Source of the DNA: Octopus vulgaris
Taxonomy: Eukaryota
Length of the DNA stretch: 64,000 nt
Direction: 5' to 3'
Assembly (NCBI GenBank): GCA_951406725.2
Contig: OX597828.1
Location: 26,226,001 to 26,290,000, forward strand
Both the position numbers and the translations under genes were made by a program. The notes below the pieces were generated by a model. The model was not told the DNA's origin. It saw nothing but the letters and a program-made list of their open reading frames with translations, and ran no database searches. Below are positions 1 through 12,037 of this stretch, piece by piece (position 1 is the first letter of the stretch; each line of letters starts with the position of its first letter).

Positions 1-124
1 ATTGGGTCAAGTAACCACGTTGAGGTTACTTTGTTTTCTCATCGAAGATATATAGTTATAATGATAACTATAAGTAATATGGGTGTATAGATATTTAAGC
101 ATATAATTCTATAGGCTTATATTT

Positions 125-338
125 GTACAGTTCTATATTTAAGAGATGAAGAATTATGTACATTATTTACATTTTTTACATTATTTACACTATCTATATT
201 GGACGGAAATTTGTCCTCATCTTGTCTGTTGTTAACACAACGTTTCGGCTGATATACCCTCCAGCCTTCATCGGGTGTCTTGGAGAAATTTTGAACCTGG
301 GTTCTCATTCCTAAGGTATTTTTTTATGTTATTATTAT
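125..338 (-). repeat. Inverted copy of the 3' module of the element at 340-655 (Penelope pseudo-LTR-like)
   Basis: Reverse complement of ~155-330 aligns with 500-655 (taggaatgagaacccaggttcaaaattt...aagacacc...gagggtatatcagccgaaa...caagatgaggacaaat). Confidence 0.88.
234..279 (-). ncRNA. Minimal type I hammerhead-ribozyme-like motif (U4C variant in this copy)
   Basis: Minus strand GACAC-CCGAUGA-A-GGCUG(GAGGGUAUAU)CAGCC-GAAA-CGU-U-GUGUU: stem I GACAC/GUGUU, stem II GGCUG/CAGCC, loopless palindromic stem III ACGU. Confidence 0.65.
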
Positions 339-339
339 T

Positions 340-420
340 ATGCCCGTGGGCATATGGTGTAGTGCTTAAGAGCTCGTGCTACTAACCCCAAGATTCCGAG
401 TTCGATTCCAGGTAGTAACC

Positions 421-490
<70 letters not shown>

Positions 491-655
491 TAACAACAAC
501 AGCATAAAAAAACCGTAGGAATGAGAACCCAGGTTCAAAATTTTCCCAAGACACCTAATGAAGGCTTGGAGGGTATATCAGCCGAAATGTTAACAACAAA
601 CAAGATGAGGACAAATATCCGTCAAATATAAATAATCTAAATAATGTAAATAATG
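340..655 (+). mobile_element. Composite short retroelement: tRNA-like Pol III head, (TAA)n tract and hammerhead-like module
   Basis: A-box-like TGGTGTAGTGC (~355), B box GAGTTCGATTCC (~398), (TAA)n at 422-495, then a module at 505-655 containing GACAC-CTAATGA-A-GGCTTG..CAGCC-GAAA. Confidence 0.7.
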
Positions 656-1084
656 TTTATATTTGTGTTAGCATACCATATTTACTGGTGTATAAGACAA
701 ATCCCGACATTTTTGTGAGAAAAAACAAGTTTCATATGATTCATGATACACTCATGCAGTCGGCATACTATTGTACAACAGTGGCATTAGATGAATGGCA
801 ATCTTTTGTACATTTGAGAATAAAAACAAAAATGGAGGTATTATACACTGACAGACAAAAGGACTTCTTATAGATTGGTAACTGCAAGACTTGTTCGTGT
901 GGAGATGACACTAACTCAGACCTCTCTACGTTAAAGGAAACACAGTTGAACCATTTTGGAACGGGGTGGGGGTGGGGGGTGAAAAATGAAAATGAAGTGT
1001 CAGTTGGATTTGAACACCAAACTGAGAAATATCGAGTTGAGAAGAAAACGCATAACTATCGCGACAACAATATTATTTTCTGCT

Positions 1085-1208
1085 CTAGGCACAAGGCCCG
1101 AAATTTTGGAAGAGGGGACCAATCGATTAGAGGGACCCCAGTATACAACTGGTACCTAATTTATCGACCCCGAAAGCTTGGAAGGCAAAGTTGACCTCGG
1201 CGGAATTA
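1085..1208 (-). mobile_element. SINE family A variant fragment
   Basis: aggcacaaggcc...ctggtacctaatttatcgaccccgaaag...ggcaaagttgacctcggcggaat. Confidence 0.75.
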
Positions 1209-1625
1209 TAGTGACAACAATATTGCTTTCATAACAATATAACGATGATTATGATGATGATTATAATAAGGATGATGATGACGATATACATTTAAAATCT
1301 TCTACTTTTTGTGTATCAGTGGGGGAGGAGGTAATTGTTTGTGTATGTGAGCGAGGCTGCGAATGTCTCTCCCTACATATATATATAAAGTTGAAAACGC
1401 AAATCCTAAGCAGTCAAACAGTTTCTTCATTTAGGCGTTTGGGAATCTGTTTGACAGCCTAGGATTTGCGTTTTCAATTTCCTCTACTCTGTATTTTTTC
1501 GCATTGGCTCTCTACGACCACTCCGTAAATAGACCATACTTTTTATAACATAGTTAATATTATATATATATATATACACACACACAGACGCATATATATA
1601 TATATATAAATATTTATATATATAT

Positions 1626-1766
1626 ATGAATAAATGAAAGAATGAAGTCGAACGAAGATGTTAACAAAATTCCTTTACTCTCGACACACGTGAATTTGCT
1701 ACCCAGGTTTCGGTTAAACGAATTTTCCATGCTGACGATAAACATAGGATAATTCATTCACCTACT
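1626..1766. repeat. Internally deleted copy of the element at 9838-10148
   Basis: Shares gaacgaagatgttaacaaaattcctttactctcgaca and tgaatttgctaccc..cgaattttccatg..aaacataggataattcattcaccta. Confidence 0.8.
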
Positions 1767-1786
1767 TAAATATATATATACATATA

Positions 1787-1827
<41 letters not shown>

Positions 1828-2507
1828 GCATACATGTGTGTCTGTGTATACATACACACACATATATGCGTATATGAATGAATAGCATTATGCATAAAGA
1901 CGGATAGAAATAGATATAGATAGATAGATTCTAGCTATCTAAAAAAGCCTAACCGTGAATAGGTTACATATATCTCATACATTTACATTTATGTGTCCAT
2001 CTTGTACCCGTAATTGATTGTGGTTGGTGAGCCTACCTAGGTCTGTGTCATATAAACTAAGCAACAGCTGAAATGTCTGAAAATTGAAGGTGTTTTTGTG
2101 ATCCAGGTTAATACGAGACGAGCGATTTGTCTGAGAAATGAGTGGCAATACCTGTTTAAATGGCAATGGCAAATTTCTTGAAAACAAATAAACGATGCAT
2201 ATGCCAACAAATTTTGTATTCTTCTATATGCGTACTTACATACATACATACATACATATATATATATATATATGTGTGTGTGTGTATGTATATATGTATA
2301 TATATATATATATATATATGTGATGTGATAAGAATTTAGATACTACTGAATAGTGAAATAATTCTTATTTGAAACAGTGAATCCTGAAGCAGATACAGCT
2401 ATAAACATGGCGCGTAAATATTGGATTAAAAATTCCTTTAAATAGAAAAGTTGGAGGATATTATTTAGAGCTTTATTTGCTTCGAGATTCACTGTTCCAA
2501 AATAACG

Positions 2508-2583
<76 letters not shown>

Positions 2584-2982
2584 CCGTTCATAGGTTTATG
2601 CGTTCTTCTTGCCTGTGTGAACGTGTATGAGAGTATTTGTCTGTGTGTATGAGTGTGTGATTGTGTGTGCGATTGGATGTGAGTCAATGTATTCCTGAAA
2701 TGTCGCCCTATTTCTCCCCAGAAAAACTACATTTCACAATTAATACGATATATTCATGTGCACACACACACACAAACACACACATACACACACATGGATT
2801 ACAATAATGACAGAAAAGAATGTTCTATGCGAATGGATCTGCTAGCAACTGAAACCAGTCTTAAACCTGGTGGAATAGATTGACATAAATATAAAAAGTA
2901 TTGATAACTTCGAGGTTTTTTCTCTTTTTTATGCTTTGTTTTATTTTTATATGTACATATTTAATGGATTTCTCTTATCTTC

Positions 2983-3019
<37 letters not shown>

Positions 3020-3082
3020 GTATATGTACATGTAGAGGTAGGTACGTACATATATGTTTATATATATCATATGTTTTATTTA

Positions 3083-3143
<61 letters not shown>

Positions 3144-3598
3144 ATATATGTATATATATATATTGTTTCAGTCCCTTCTACTCCTCTTTCCCCCCTCTCT
3201 CTTCGTAATACAACCGCCTGGTCTCCTCAATTTATTCCGCCATCAACAGGGAGCAGAAAACCTATGTTTCGAGGCAATTTCTATATATTGCGTAGGATTC
3301 AAAGTTTTTAAGTGTGTAAGCATAGAACATATAAACATATTGAAGGTGTCCCCAAAGTAAGAATCTACTTAGAAAAGTGATAGGAATTGGTAAACCAAAA
3401 CACTTTATCGAAGATCAAGGAGCAACAGGAAACTGAGAGGAACGCTTTCAGCTTCGATAGAATTTTAATTTTCTGTAATCGAATTTTTACTGTTTGTAAT
3501 CGAATTCAATTTTTCAATCTTATCTTCCTCTTATATTTATGTGTATGCCCCCCCCCCCCTGCACAAACATGCATACATACTTACACATACACCACCCC

Positions 3599-3690
<92 letters not shown>

Positions 3691-3825
3691 ATATATATAC
3701 ATGCATTCAAACATATACATGGATATATTGCGTATATATAGACGTACCTTCATATATATTGTTTGTGTTACGTTCCCTTATCAATGTCCAAGCAATTTGC
3801 GAGCAAATAAAATGCAACAGTTAAA

Positions 3826-3864
<39 letters not shown>

Positions 3865-3925
3865 AATAATAATAATAATAATAATGATGATGATAATAAT
3901 AATAATAATGATAATTCGTTCTATT

Positions 3926-4068
3926 ATAGGCACAAGGACTGAAAATTTGAGTGAAGTGGGGCATGATCGATTATATCGACTCCAGTGCTCTGCTGGTAAT
4001 TTGTTTTATCGATCCCGAAAGGATGAAAGGCAAAAGAAGACCTCAGCAGAATTTGAACTCAGAACATA
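3926..4068 (-). mobile_element. SINE family A variant fragment
   Basis: ggcacaagg...tatcgatcccgaaaggatgaaaggcaaaag..cctcagcagaatttgaactcagaac. Confidence 0.75.
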
Positions 4069-4689
4069 TTAATCTGCAAATGAAAACCACATTTTGTCCA
4101 CTGCCCTACTAGGGTTTCTGACATTGATAAAATCAGAAATTGTAATTTTTCTTCTCTTTCTTCTTTCTTTCTCTTTTCTGTTTTTGACTTTTCTTTTTTT
4201 TTTTTTCCTTAATATAATGCGAGGCGGGTCGAGCACGTTACTGGTACTTATTTACATCTAAAGTCCATTTTAAATAATAACAAAACAAGAAGAAAAAAAA
4301 CAATGGCCAAGTCCACGAATATTAGAGCGCGATAACTAAATGGAAGAAGGTAGCTAAATACTAATATGACTGTTACACCCTAATTTATCGATGTCTAATT
4401 TTGGCACAGAGTCACCATTTTTGTAGGCAATCAACGGGTTCGATTATAAGCTGGCTGAAACAGCCCCAACCTAAACATTTATCCAATTTATCCTCTTCTT
4501 AATTCCGCTACAACTGGTCCCGTTGAGAAAGGAGGAGGGTGGTAGGCTTATGGTTGGCTTCCTTCTACAATTAATTTCTACATTGCTACAGTAAACCCCA
4601 ACTAGGGACCTTCGCCTTGAAATGATGAAAGACAAGTATTTAAGTTCAGAATATCGATAAACAGGTGTCTTATAACTTTTAACTTATCT

Positions 4690-4862
4690 TCAATTTGTTT
4701 CAGTCAGCCGGACTGCGGCCATGCTGGGGCACCACCTTGAAGGGTTTTAACCGAAGAAGTTCGCTCCAGTACTTATTTTTAAAAGTCATCTGCTTATTAC
4801 ATCGATCTCTTTTGCCGAGTCGCTAATTTTCGGAACTCAAACGAACCAACACCGATTGTTAA

Positions 4863-4900
<38 letters not shown>

Positions 4901-4989
4901 GACACACACACATATATCTATCTATCTATCTATCTATTTATCCCTATACATGTATTTATGTACATATACATGAGCGTGTATAGAGAGAG

Positions 4990-5072
<83 letters not shown>

Positions 5073-5256
5073 TACACACATATGTGTGTGTGTATATGGC
5101 GGGCTTCCTTGCAGTTTCCGCCCATCAAATTCACTCAAAAGCATTGGTCGGGGCCGGCGATATAGTGAAATACACCTTCCCAAAGTGCCGCGCAGTGGGA
5201 TAGAACCTAGAACCATGTAAATGCCAACTGAGCTTCTTAACCACGCGGCCATACCT
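4690..5256 (-). mobile_element. SINE family B copy split by an expanded internal microsatellite (head/body 5095-5256, tail 4690-4860)
   Basis: Reverse complement of family B head/body and tail on either side of (CA)n(TA)n(GATA)n. Confidence 0.7.
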
Positions 5257-5406
5257 ATTTCTTTATTACCCACAAGGGGCTAAACATAGAGGGAACAAAC
5301 AAGGACAGACATAGGTGTTAAGTCGATTACATCGACTCCGGTGCGTAACTGGTACTTATTTAATCGACCCCCGAAAGGATGAAAGGCAAAGTCGACCTCG
5401 GCGGAA
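5257..5406 (-). mobile_element. SINE family A, 5'-truncated
   Basis: Near-identical to 56061-56207 (atttctttattacccacaaggggctaaac...gatgaaaggcaaagtcgacctcggcgg). Confidence 0.88.
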
Positions 5407-5945
5407 GCTTAAACTCCAGTTTTTGTCACATCTTAGCCTGAAACAATCACCCACATCCCAACGTATTAAACAGGGTAGGTTAATACTTGTTCTTTTTCCT
5501 CTCGTTTGTCACATCAAACTCAGCAGCAGAACTCAGCTGTAAGTGAAGTATGGCGTGCCTCCTGCTCTGTCGTTCTCGAAAGCATAAATGACAAACATTG
5601 CTTATCAATCATGACTATGGACGTAACATGTGAACACAAATCCGGTAACGAGCTTCGTTCTTGTTGTTATTGTTGCTTGCTGTTTAGCTCCGGGCCGGCT
5701 CAGATCGAGCAGACATATAAGCAAAAGCGATCCAGTCGACATCAAACCATCATCCCCCCCACACACACACACATGCACACAAACATACCACATGCATACA
5801 CACTTCAGGCATTGTACAGGTAGAATGTTCCTTCGTTTATGAGACAGTGAGAGAGTATGATCGGATGACGAGTTTGCTGCTACTTCTACAACATCAATCA
5901 GCCACGTAGAGTCACCCTTCATTAGCTCAGTCACTGAAGCCAATG

Positions 5946-6251
5946 TGGTTGTTCCTTCTCGAGTCATGCCTGGCTCATAAGGGCCGGTTTCCCGGTTTCC
6001 TTGGCGTATAGGTTCCCCACCTGGACGGGACGCCGGTCCGTCGCAGATGAGCTGCAAGATGCAGGAGGAAAGAGTGAGAGAAAGTTGTGGCGAAAGAGTC
6101 AGCAGAAGTTTCGCCATTACCTTTCTGCCGGAGCTGCGTGGAGCTTAGGTGTCTCGCTCATAAACACACACATCGCCCGGTCTGAGATTCGAACCCGCGA
6201 TCCCTCGACCGCGAGTCCGCTGCTCTAACCACCAGGCCATGTGCCTCCACT
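5946..6251 (-). mobile_element. Full-length tRNA-derived SINE with a 13-bp target-site duplication
   Basis: TSD ACTGAAGCCAATG at 5933-5945 and 6252-6264. Minus-strand head has A box TGGCCTGGTGG and B box GGTTCGAATCT. CpG-rich. Confidence 0.9.
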
Positions 6252-6535
6252 ACTGAAGCCAATGAAGAGAAGCATTTTTGAACCATTGTGTAATGATTAT
6301 TGTCTTGAATATATTTCCGTTCATCGAATCGTTTGGCAGCAACAGATAGACGTCCCCACTTCCGGTCGGAAGTGACTTCGGATAATAAAGTAACAAAAGA
6401 AAATCAGCGAACTCTTCTCTCGATCCATCCAGATGCAATCACAACTCTCAGCTTTGCTTATGGATTCCATTTTATTTTTTTGTTTCTTTTGGCTTTTGCA
6501 GTATTATAACACACAATTATATGAATGCATGCGTA

Positions 6536-7116
6536 CATGTACGCATGTCTGTTTATGTGTACAAATATATGTACACGAATATATGTATATATGTGCGTAT
6601 GTGTGCGTGTGTGTGTGTACGTGCACGCCTGTGTGTGTGGCTATTTATACATATATATATATATACATACATGCATACATACATACACACTATACTATAC
6701 AATAAACATCTTCTTTTCCATCTTATTGTTTCGACTTCCTTCTCTCTCTTTTCTCTCTCTCTCCTTTCTCTCTCTCTCTCTCTCATGTACGCATGTCTGT
6801 TTATGTGTACAAATATATGTACACGAATATATGTATATATGTGCGTATGTGTGCGTGTGTGTGTGTACGTGCACGCCTGTGTGTGTGGCTATTTATACAT
6901 ATATATATATATACATACATGCATACATACATACACACTATACTATACAATAAACATCTTCTTTTCCATCTTATTGTTTCGACTTCCTTCTCTCTCTTTT
7001 CTCTCTCTCTCCTTTCTCTCTCTCTCTCTCTCATGTACGCATGTCTGTTTGTGTGTACAAATATATGTACACGAATATTTGTATATATGTGCGTATGTGT
7101 GTGTGTGTGGCTATTT

Positions 7117-7155
<39 letters not shown>

Positions 7156-7455
7156 TATACATACACACTATACTATACAATAAACATCTTCTTTTCCATC
7201 CATATTTGTGTGTACAAATATATGTACACGAATATATGTATATATGTGCGTATGTGTGTGTGTGTGTGTGCGTGCACGCCTGTGTGTGTGGCTATTTATA
7301 CATATATATATATATATATACATACATGCATACATACATACACAATATACTATACAATAAACATCTTCTTTTCCGTCCTATTGTTTCGACTTCCTTCTCT
7401 CTCCTTTCTCTTTCTCTCCTTTCTCTCTCTCTCTCCTTTCTCTCTCTCTCTCTCT
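6536..7455 (+). repeat. Tandem repeat with a 248-bp unit (two full, two partial copies)
   Basis: Units start at 6536, 6784 and 7032 (catgtacgcatgtctgttt...). The third is truncated near 7200 and a fourth partial unit spans ~7206-7455. Confidence 0.92.
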
Positions 7456-7959
7456 TAAACAATCGTTTCCTCTCGTATCAATCTTAAATATTTTCTTATT
7501 TCATTTGGCGTGCATGCTTCATGAGGAAAATGCTATACATGCAATACGTACGTACATATGTCTGTATGTTTGTACACACACACATGTGAATATATAATTG
7601 TATGCATATATGTGTATGAGAGTGAGTGTGTGTGTTCGTAACTAGACGATATTGGACTTCATAAAATCTAAATACGGAAATTGTATGTGAAATGAGGGTG
7701 TACACACTTTTAGTTTTCATATGTATATATATGTGTCGATGCCTATGTATATGTATACACATATATTTATACGTGCAAGCTTGTGTCCGTTGGCGTGCAA
7801 GTCTGGTTTTGAATTTTACATCAGCATATATATATATATATAAATACAAAATGGGACAAGAACGCAAAACATTCAAATAGACGATACAAAAAACACGGAC
7901 GGGTCATTCAAAGCCTCTAATCTTCAGTCAAGAACCAGATCATCCTCGCAATTTCGGCT

Positions 7960-8005
<46 letters not shown>

Positions 8006-8024
8006 CATACACACACACACACAT

Positions 8025-8084
<60 letters not shown>

Positions 8085-8186
8085 GCAGTAAACACTCACA
8101 CACAAACTCATATATCCTTTCTAGCCTTTGTCTGACCGAGATGAACATGGATCCCATATAATAAGCTATAATATTACACAATTGTA

Positions 8187-8372
8187 AAGGCGTCGAGTTG
8201 GCAGAATGGTTAGCACGCCGGGCAAAATGCTAAGCGGCATTTTGTCCGTCTCTTCTTTCTGATTTCCGACGAGGTCGACTTTACCTTTCATCTTTTGGGA
8301 GTCAATAAAATAAGTACCAGTTGTACACTGGGGTCGATCGAATTGACGTAATCCTCCCCCGAAATTACCAAC
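8187..8372 (+). mobile_element. SINE family A copy
   Basis: GGCGTCGAGTTGGCAGAATGGTTAGCACGCCGGGCAAAATG...GAGGTCGACTTTACCTTTCATC...AAGTACCAG, homologous to 56061-56292. Confidence 0.82.
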
Positions 8373-9049
8373 AAAACGCATTCCTTTATCTATAGATATC
8401 TGTGATGTCTTTGAACCATGTATTGTTGAACCATTCTACATCTCCCTTTCTCTCGCATAATTTTTCGTATATATATATTCTTCTGATTGAAGAAATACAT
8501 TATTTCCTGCAGGAATATTTGTTGAAAAGGTTGATAGTTCCGTAATGTTTGGCAATATTACAACAGAAGAAATGTTCATTCATATATCACATATCCTTAT
8601 TCCTCTAAATTGCATAACATTCCTTCGTCCGCTTTACGTAACAAATGTTTTTTTTTTTTAAGTGGCAGTAATCCACTACATTTTGTTATTTCTTTGAAGA
8701 ATTCTTTAAACGACACTTTTCATGGAATGGTGAAGGTAATACCCACGATTGCAAGATCGCTATTACGATTCCGGGACCGTCTGGTGTGTTGCATTCTTGG
8801 ACAAAACACTTCATTTCACATTTTTCCAATTCACTCTGCAGTAAATGTGTAACCCTGCAACGGACGGGCGTCCGAACCAGGGCAAGATGCTATGGTCTCG
8901 GTTTAGCTCTATGCCATGCAAACCGGGTTACCACTCCCTGTGAGGCTGTAGTGTCTAGCGTTTCTTGACGACAACGACCACATCCTGCAACTGGAGATGA
9001 TGTTTAGCTGTATGTCCATCGGTGTAATTTTATCTTTAATCTTATATTC

Positions 9050-9250
9050 GTTTCAGTTACAGAAGTTCAGCCGTGCAATGTCAACGCTGTCAAGAGTTTA
9101 ATCGAAGAAATCGACCCCGGTGCTTAATTTCAAAGTCTAGTACTTATTCTATCGAACCCGCTTTGCCGAACTGCTAGATGAGGGACATAAACAAACCAAG
9201 ACCAGTGGCCAAGTGGTGGTGGTGGCTGACAAGTACAAACACAAAGACGC
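9050..9250 (-). mobile_element. SINE family B 3' half
   Basis: gaaatcgaccccgg..agtctagtacttattctatcgaacccgctttgccgaactgcta..gacataaacaaacc, the reverse complement of the family B tail. Confidence 0.65.
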
Positions 9251-9496
9251 ATACACATGTGCCTTTGTGCGTATGTGTGTGTGTGTGACTGTCTGTAATA
9301 TATATGTGTGTATGTATGTATGTATGTATGTATGTATGTATGTATGTATGTATGTATGTGTGTGTATGTATGTATGAACGTATGTATGTATGTATAGGCA
9401 CACACACAAGCAACGGTTATTCAAAGATTACTCTGCCGAAGTTACTTCTTAAAAATTCTTCGCCTCCGATCTTCGGGCGATCATATACATACACAC

Positions 9497-9550
<54 letters not shown>

Positions 9551-9776
9551 ATGTTTGTTTCCATGTTCAGTTATGATAAAAGCAATTTTACATCAATCCG
9601 ATGGATTACGCTACACGTTTGTAGAGTACAAATTTATTATTGATACATAATAATATTACTGACATTTTCATCAAAGTTCCGGCTAGCTAAACCATCGTTG
9701 CAAAGCCGCCATCGATGGCTTACCTGCCCGAAACTTCGATGTCACTATCAATAATATTCATAATAATAATAATAAT

Positions 9777-9837
<61 letters not shown>

Positions 9838-9838
<1 letters not shown>

Positions 9839-10148
9839 GAATAAATAAATAAATGGAGTTGAACGAAGATGTTAAAAAAATTCCTTTACTCTTGACATAT
9901 GTTTCGAAGACAACATGGTTTTATTCCAAAGGAATATGTCGAGAGTAAAGGAATTTTGTTAACATCTTCGTTCAACTCCATTTATTTACTTATTCATATA
10001 TAACACACAAATTTCTGCACATGAACCCGGAGTTTCTACCCTTGGATAGGTCGCTTCAACCGTGTTTCTGACATGAATTTGCTACCCTGGTATCGGTTCA
10101 TCGAATTTTCCATGTTGACGGTAAACATAGGATAATTCATTCACCTAT
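9838..10148. mobile_element. (TA)n-embedded Penelope-like remnant with a ~64-bp inverted repeat
   Basis: 9838-9900 is the reverse complement of ~9935-9997. An internally deleted second copy lies at 1626-1766. Confidence 0.65.
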
Positions 10149-10550
10149 CGAAACACAAACACACATATATATATATATATATATATATGAATAAACGCAC
10201 ACATGTGTATGTGTTTGTGTACATGTGCAGACACGCATACACACAATCTGTACACGAGTACAGTCATAGCTTGCATAGGCCATAGCAGTTCCACACTTCT
10301 AAATATATTTATACATGAATACAATAACACTTGAACAGACGCAGCAGCACAGACGCATAGGACTGAGGAATGAACGAAAATTCGTCAATTGATATCTTTA
10401 TTCGCATCATTCTTGGAAATATTCTTGACACAAATACCCAGAAATATCTAGTGCAAAAAATTGGTTTAAATAATTTTTAAAAAATGTTGAAATAAAATTA
10501 AATAAATAAAACCCTCAAAAAATAATGAGAGCTAATGACAGGGCGAGGAA

Positions 10551-10608
<58 letters not shown>

Positions 10609-10620
10609 GTATATGTATAC

Positions 10621-10719
<99 letters not shown>

Positions 10720-10998
10720 TATATGTCAAGGCAAGGCTTCTTTAATAAACATGCAGTGTTTTGAACCAGTAATCAAGTGTGTGAATCATTATAAATTTAT
10801 ATACATACATATATATACATATATATATATACACACACGCAGACATACATGTACGTACATCTATACAGAATTCCATACATATACATATATTTTTATATAC
10901 ACATATATATACATGCGCATATACACATACGTATATATAATACATACAGATACATACATATATATATATATATATACATATATATATGTATATATGTA

Positions 10999-11105
<107 letters not shown>

Positions 11106-11194
11106 AAAACATGTGTGTCGCCAGTGACGAGTGAATCGTCTTGACATCATTACTTAGCTTTGTGAAAAATGAATAAATACTAAAAATACTAATA

Positions 11195-11261
<67 letters not shown>

Positions 11262-11303
11262 TAATAATAATAATGTTTCTATTTCAGGCAAATGATAGAT
11301 AAC

Positions 11304-11335
<32 letters not shown>

Positions 11336-11942
11336 CGTATTGACAATAAATTCTTCTGTTTTTATATAATATTTAATAGTTGTTTTTAACAATGATAACA
11401 GTGATATTGTTTTCTTTCTCCTTTCTCCTAGTTCTGCGTATTATTTACAAACTTACTGTATCTCGAGAAACACTTATTCATTGTAAACTGTCCTTGTAAT
11501 GTCCTCCTCATCTGATGCACCTTTGGCAAATAAATGATAGAACTATATTGCCATAGAGACAAGTGTCGATGGGTAACATAAAGGTCAGCCATCCGGGGTT
11601 GTTTTTAACAGTCAGGGAACCGCATTATCTCAATCATTTATTAACAACAATATTCATTTCTAATTATTTTTTTTTCATAATGATTTCAATGGAAATGGTA
11701 ATGATTATTAATGAAAAAAAAACAACAATAATATCGTATGAAAAAAACAAAAATCATCAGGGCATTATTTTTTTTTATTCCCAGGTTCACTCTCTGAATG
11801 AGCAGACTTATGACTTATGACCGAGAGGTTTCTCCAGAATATGGCTAATCTGCATATGTGTGTGTGTGTGTGTGTGGACATACATATAAATATATGTATA
11901 TATATATATGCATGTATACATATATATGAATATGTGTATATA

Positions 11943-12037
<95 letters not shown>

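Noticed and set aside
340-420. Possible tRNA gene (also the heads near 6170-6250 and 56205-56290)
   Set aside because: A/B boxes are present but there is no good acceptor stem or cloverleaf, and each continues into a repeat body, so these are SINE heads.
5605-6117. 170-aa ORF with non-repetitive sequence
   Set aside because: Spans a SINE and an older repeat; no recognisable domain.
6536-7455. Regularly spaced repeats resembling a CRISPR array
   Set aside because: Whole units repeat with no unique spacers; eukaryotic context; no cas genes.
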